A stretch of DNA of 64,000 nt from an uncultured Planctomycetia bacterium (GTDB lineage: Bacteria; Omnitrophota; Gorgyraeia; VGKH01; JBHPFN01): the NCBI GenBank assembly GCA_964406665.1, contig CAYOSQ010000009.1, positions 6,106 to 70,105 of the forward strand, given 5' to 3'. The translations under genes were made by a program, and so were the position numbers. The number at the start of each line of letters is the position of its first letter. Position 1 is the stretch's first letter. Positions 60,890 through 64,000 of the stretch are shown here, in pieces. The notes below the pieces were generated by a model, which was given only the letters and a program-made list of their open reading frames with translations, was not told where the DNA came from and ran no database searches.

Positions 60890-61800
60890 ATTTTTTGTTC
60901 GATTCTTATGGCAAGAGCTAGGGCGCTGGTTGCTTCTTCTCCGGAAACTATTGGTTTTTTATTATTGGTAATACAATCCAGAAAAGATTCTAATTCTTGT
61001 TTTAGGGATTCTTCACGTTCAATAGGAAGGGAGTTTTTCGCAATTTGCTTGCCATCTTTTTTATACATGAAGGCTTCTTGCTTTACGTAATCTAAAGAAA
61101 TATAGGTATCTTTTAAAAACAGCCTGATCTTTCTCATGGCCTCAGGAGAGACTCTGCTGGCAGTAAGGTTGCAGACGCAGCCGTTTTTAAAGGAAAGCCT
61201 AGCGTTAGCGATATCTTCGCGGTTAGTTAATATGTTTACACCAACGGCCTGTAAATCTTTTAAGCTGGACTTTGTTAAACCTAAAACGATATCAATATCA
61301 TGTATCATAAGATCTAGCACAACGCCGATATCAGTGGATCTACCGGAGAAAGGGCTTAAGCGGTGGCATTCTATGAAGCGTGCATCTGATGCAATATCTT
61401 TAATTGCTTGAAATGCAGAATTGAATCTTTCTATATGACCAACTTGCAATACTAAGCGTTGTTTTTTGCTTAAGCTTGTGAGTTTTTTTGCTTCTTTTAT
61501 TGTGGAAGTAATAGGTTTTTCTATTAAGCAGTGTATTTTTTTGGAGAGAAAATAGTGGGCGACTTCATAATGAAGTTTTGTGGGCACACATATGCTTACC
61601 GCATCAATGGTTTCTAAGGGTATCTTCTTATAATCAAGGTAAGGTTGTGCGCTAAACTCTTTGGCTACAACATCAACTTTTTCCTGCGAACAATCACAAA
61701 CTGCAACAAGCTTAGAATGCTCTTTAATTGCGGCATAAACCTTAGCATGTTTAGAACCCAGGTGTCCTGTTCCGATTACGGCTAAATTGATTTTTTGCAT
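60877..61800 (-). CDS. Gfo/Idh/MocA-family NAD-dependent oxidoreductase, possibly GnnA-like (UDP-GlcNAc 3-dehydrogenase) given the lpxB linkage
   Basis: The Rossmann N-terminus is INLAVIGTGHLGSKH. The EKP motif is present. It overlaps the lpxB start. Confidence 0.55.
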   Translation of the reverse strand: MQKINLAVIGTGHLGSKHAKVYAAIKEHSKLVAVCDCSQEKVDVVAKEFSAQPYLDYKKIPLETIDAVSICVPTKLHYEVAHYFLSKKIHCLIEKPITSTIKEAKKLTSLSKKQRLVLQVGHIERFNSAFQAIKDIASDARFIECHRLSPFSGRSTDIGVVLDLMIHDIDIVLGLTKSSLKDLQAVGVNILTNREDIANARLSFKNGCVCNLTASRVSPEAMRKIRLFLKDTYISLDYVKQEAFMYKKDGKQIAKNSLPIEREESLKQELESFLDCITNNKKPIVSGEEATSALALAIRIEQKIWKR

Positions 61801-61866
61801 AGGTTAAATATAACAAATAACTCGACAAAAGTCAATTAAGATGCTAATATATCCGCTTAAATAGCC

Positions 61867-63663
61867 ATGAAAGACTATCTTAAAATACTTAAATTTCTCA
61901 AGCCACACAGAATGCTTTTTATCCCGGCAGTAGTATGCATGGGATTTTCTGCGTTGTTTGATGGTGTAACAATTACAATGATTGCACCTCTTTCCGACAG
62001 GGTGTTAAGCGACGGAAAGATTATTATTCCGTTTAATAATTTACCTCCATTTTTAGCTTCGCTGGTAGACAAAACTAATAATCTTCCTAGACCAGAGCTA
62101 TTGAATTATATTGCTTTTACAATTTTGGCGTTGTTTTTATTGAAAGGATTTTTCTTCTTCTGGCAGTCATATCTTATGTCTAATATAGGACAGAGGGCTG
62201 TTCGGGATATGAGACTTAGATTATATCAAAAATTCCAAGATTTATCCCTAGATTATTATAGCAAGAAACGCAGCGGAGAACTTATTTCAAGAATTACAAA
62301 CGATGTTATGCTTGTGGAAAATGCTGTATCATACGGAGTTACGGATCTTATCTATCAAACTCTGCAAGTAGCATTTTTTACTTTTTTGATTTTCTTCATC
62401 CATTGGAAGTTTGCCTTTATTTCTTTTATACTTTTTCCCTTAGTTGCCGGACCTATGGTTACAATTGGAAGGATGCTTAAGAAGTTGGCAAGAAGTTCTC
62501 AAGAAAAAATGGCAGATATTAATTCGTTGCTATTTGAGACAATCTCCGGTGTGCGCATTGTAAAGGCATTTTGTATGGAAGAATATGAAACTAAAAGATT
62601 TGCAGATCACAATAAAGATTTTTACAAGATTAATATGAAGTCAATCCGTAGGAATTTGATCTTAAGCCCTCTAACAGAGTTTATCGGAGCTGCCTGCGGA
62701 ATAACGATTTTCTTTTTAGGAGTACGCAATGTAATTGATGGATCTATTTCTTTTGGTACGTTTGGTTTATTTTTGGGTGGTTTGTTTTCATTAATCAGAC
62801 CTTGCAAGAAACTCTCAGGTGTAAATGCGATCATTCAAAAGGCAATATCTGCCAGTGAGAGAATACATGATGTACTAGAGACAGAATCCAGCATTAAAGA
62901 GAAAAAAGATGCAGCAACAATATCAGGAATTAACAAGACTATAGAATTCAAAGATGTCTGGTTTCGCTATGAAGAAGATACGGCAGATGTTTTAAAAGAT
63001 ATAAATATTAAGATAAAAGCCGGGGAGCTAATTGCTATTGTTGGCCCGACGGGAGCAGGTAAGTCAACTCTGGTTAATCTTATCCCTAGGTTTTATGATG
63101 TGACTAAGGGAAGAATTTCAATTGACGGAGTTAATCTAAAAGATATGAATACCAAATCGTTGCGTTCTTTGATAGCAGTGGTTACTCAAGAGACGATTTT
63201 ATTTAATGATACTGTTAAAGCAAATATTTCTTATGGAAGTGGCGATGTTAAAGATGATTTGATTAAAAATGCAGCAGAAATGGCTTTTGCTCATAATTTT
63301 ATTATGAAAATGCCAAAAGATTACAATACGATAGTTGGAGATAGAGGATTTAAGCTTTCAGGAGGAGAGAAGCAAAGATTGACCATTGCTCGAGCAATCT
63401 TGAAAAATCCCCCTATTTTGATTCTTGATGAGGCGACTTCACAGCTTGATTCTGAATCAGAGCGCTATGTGCAAGAAGCCCTAGACCGTTTAGTGCAAAA
63501 TAGAACAGTTTTTTGTATTGCCCACAGACTTTCTACTATCCGCAAAGCAGATAGAATTATTGTTTTAGATGATGGAAACATCGTTGATATTGGAAAACAC
63601 GAAGATTTGCTCTCCAAAAGTGGTCTTTATAAGCGACTTTATGAGACACAATTCAAAATGTAA
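61867..63663 (+). CDS. msbA: Lipid A export ABC transporter (MsbA-like fused permease/ATPase)
   Basis: There are six TM helices followed by an NBD. Walker A is GPTGAGKST, the signature is LSGGEKQR and Walker B is ILILDEATS. Confidence 0.8.
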   Translation: MKDYLKILKFLKPHRMLFIPAVVCMGFSALFDGVTITMIAPLSDRVLSDGKIIIPFNNLPPFLASLVDKTNNLPRPELLNYIAFTILALFLLKGFFFFWQSYLMSNIGQRAVRDMRLRLYQKFQDLSLDYYSKKRSGELISRITNDVMLVENAVSYGVTDLIYQTLQVAFFTFLIFFIHWKFAFISFILFPLVAGPMVTIGRMLKKLARSSQEKMADINSLLFETISGVRIVKAFCMEEYETKRFADHNKDFYKINMKSIRRNLILSPLTEFIGAACGITIFFLGVRNVIDGSISFGTFGLFLGGLFSLIRPCKKLSGVNAIIQKAISASERIHDVLETESSIKEKKDAATISGINKTIEFKDVWFRYEEDTADVLKDINIKIKAGELIAIVGPTGAGKSTLVNLIPRFYDVTKGRISIDGVNLKDMNTKSLRSLIAVVTQETILFNDTVKANISYGSGDVKDDLIKNAAEMAFAHNFIMKMPKDYNTIVGDRGFKLSGGEKQRLTIARAILKNPPILILDEATSQLDSESERYVQEALDRLVQNRTVFCIAHRLSTIRKADRIIVLDDGNIVDIGKHEDLLSKSGLYKRLYETQFKM

Positions 63664-63795
63664 AATCCAATAAAAAAACTTGCAAAAACAACTAGTTTTG
63701 ATATACTAAACTGCATTATCGAAATAATGCAACAAAAACTAACCATTTTAAGCAAAAAAAGCATAGTTTTAAACTAGGCACAATGAGGAGGAAGC

Positions 63796-64000
63796 ATGAC
63801 GGATGAATTAATTAAGCAGTTGCTTGAAGCTGGAGTGCATTTTGGGCATCAAGCCAAAAGATGGAATCCCAAGATGGAAAGATTTATTTTCGGCGAAAGA
63901 AAGGGAATTTATATAATTGACCTCGAAAAAAGCGTCGTATTTCTTAATGAAGCCAGGGATTTCTTAAAAGAATTAGCTTCTAAGGGAAAAACAGTACTTT
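63796..64000 (+). CDS. rpsB: 30S ribosomal protein S2 (3'-partial)
   Basis: An RBS GAGGAGG is present. The N-terminus is [34 protein letters not shown]-16-TATACT promoter and a leader hairpin TGCATTAT..ATAATGCA lie upstream. Confidence 0.9.
   Translation, partial: MTDELIKQLLEAGVHFGHQAKRWNPKMERFIFGERKGIYIIDLEKSVVFLNEARDFLKELASKGKTVL

Overview
This 64-kb window comes from an AT-rich Gram-negative-type bacterium (lpxB, msbA and a TonB-dependent receptor are present). It is gene-dense and mostly on the + strand. In order it carries:

- **Nitrogen assimilation (1–16.4 kb):** a 5'-partial NuoF/HndC-like flavoprotein, a NuoG-N-terminal-like Fe-S protein and an archaeal-type GltB-domain-2 protein; a glutamine-synthetase paralog with an N-terminal excisionase/MerR-type HTH on the minus strand; an exported beta-barrel-like protein, amtB and a PII gene; a canonical GSI-alpha glnA; a stand-alone Fis-family HTH protein; gltB and gltD.
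- **Accessory-looking stretch (16.5–21.4 kb):** an HTH-Fic protein, then a translationally coupled operon of an alpha/beta-hydrolase plus two unknown proteins, then an exported unknown protein.
- **Phosphorelay cluster (21.8–30 kb):** CheY-like regulator, TonB-dependent receptor, periplasmic binding protein, a 1051-aa hybrid histidine kinase, an Hpt protein and two further receiver proteins.
- **30–40 kb:** stand-alone GMP-synthase ATP-pyrophosphatase subunit, polyferredoxin, PHB-depolymerase-type esterase, a metzincin-like lipoprotein with a (PE)n linker coupled to a secreted partner, a DEAD-box helicase and an SGNH hydrolase.
- **40–64 kb:** ArsB/NhaD-type permease, carA with two tandem full-length carB genes, DUF1846, pyrG, a MATE transporter, DUF167, a nikR – DUF2292 – porin – cbiM/PDGLE/cbiQ/cbiO nickel cluster, polysaccharide deacetylase, lpxB, a Gfo/Idh/MocA oxidoreductase (GnnA-like), msbA and a partial rpsB.

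Non-coding highlights:
- Two homologous two-hairpin leader RNAs, with alternative pairings and compensatory changes, sit upstream of the GltB-like gene and glnA.
- A stack of TTGTCAA/TTGACAA dyads overlaps the promoter of the HTH-GS fusion.
- A genome-specific family of GTACGTAC-cored structured repeats occurs in at least six intergenic sites.
- Several clean Rho-independent terminators and palindromic operator candidates lie upstream of nikR and the Fic gene.

No CRISPR array, rRNA or tRNA was seen.

I flag three most novel candidates: the HTH–GS one-component fusion with its operator array; the shared nitrogen-gene leader RNA; and the alpha/beta-hydrolase / Gly-zipper / unknown three-gene operon next to Fic.
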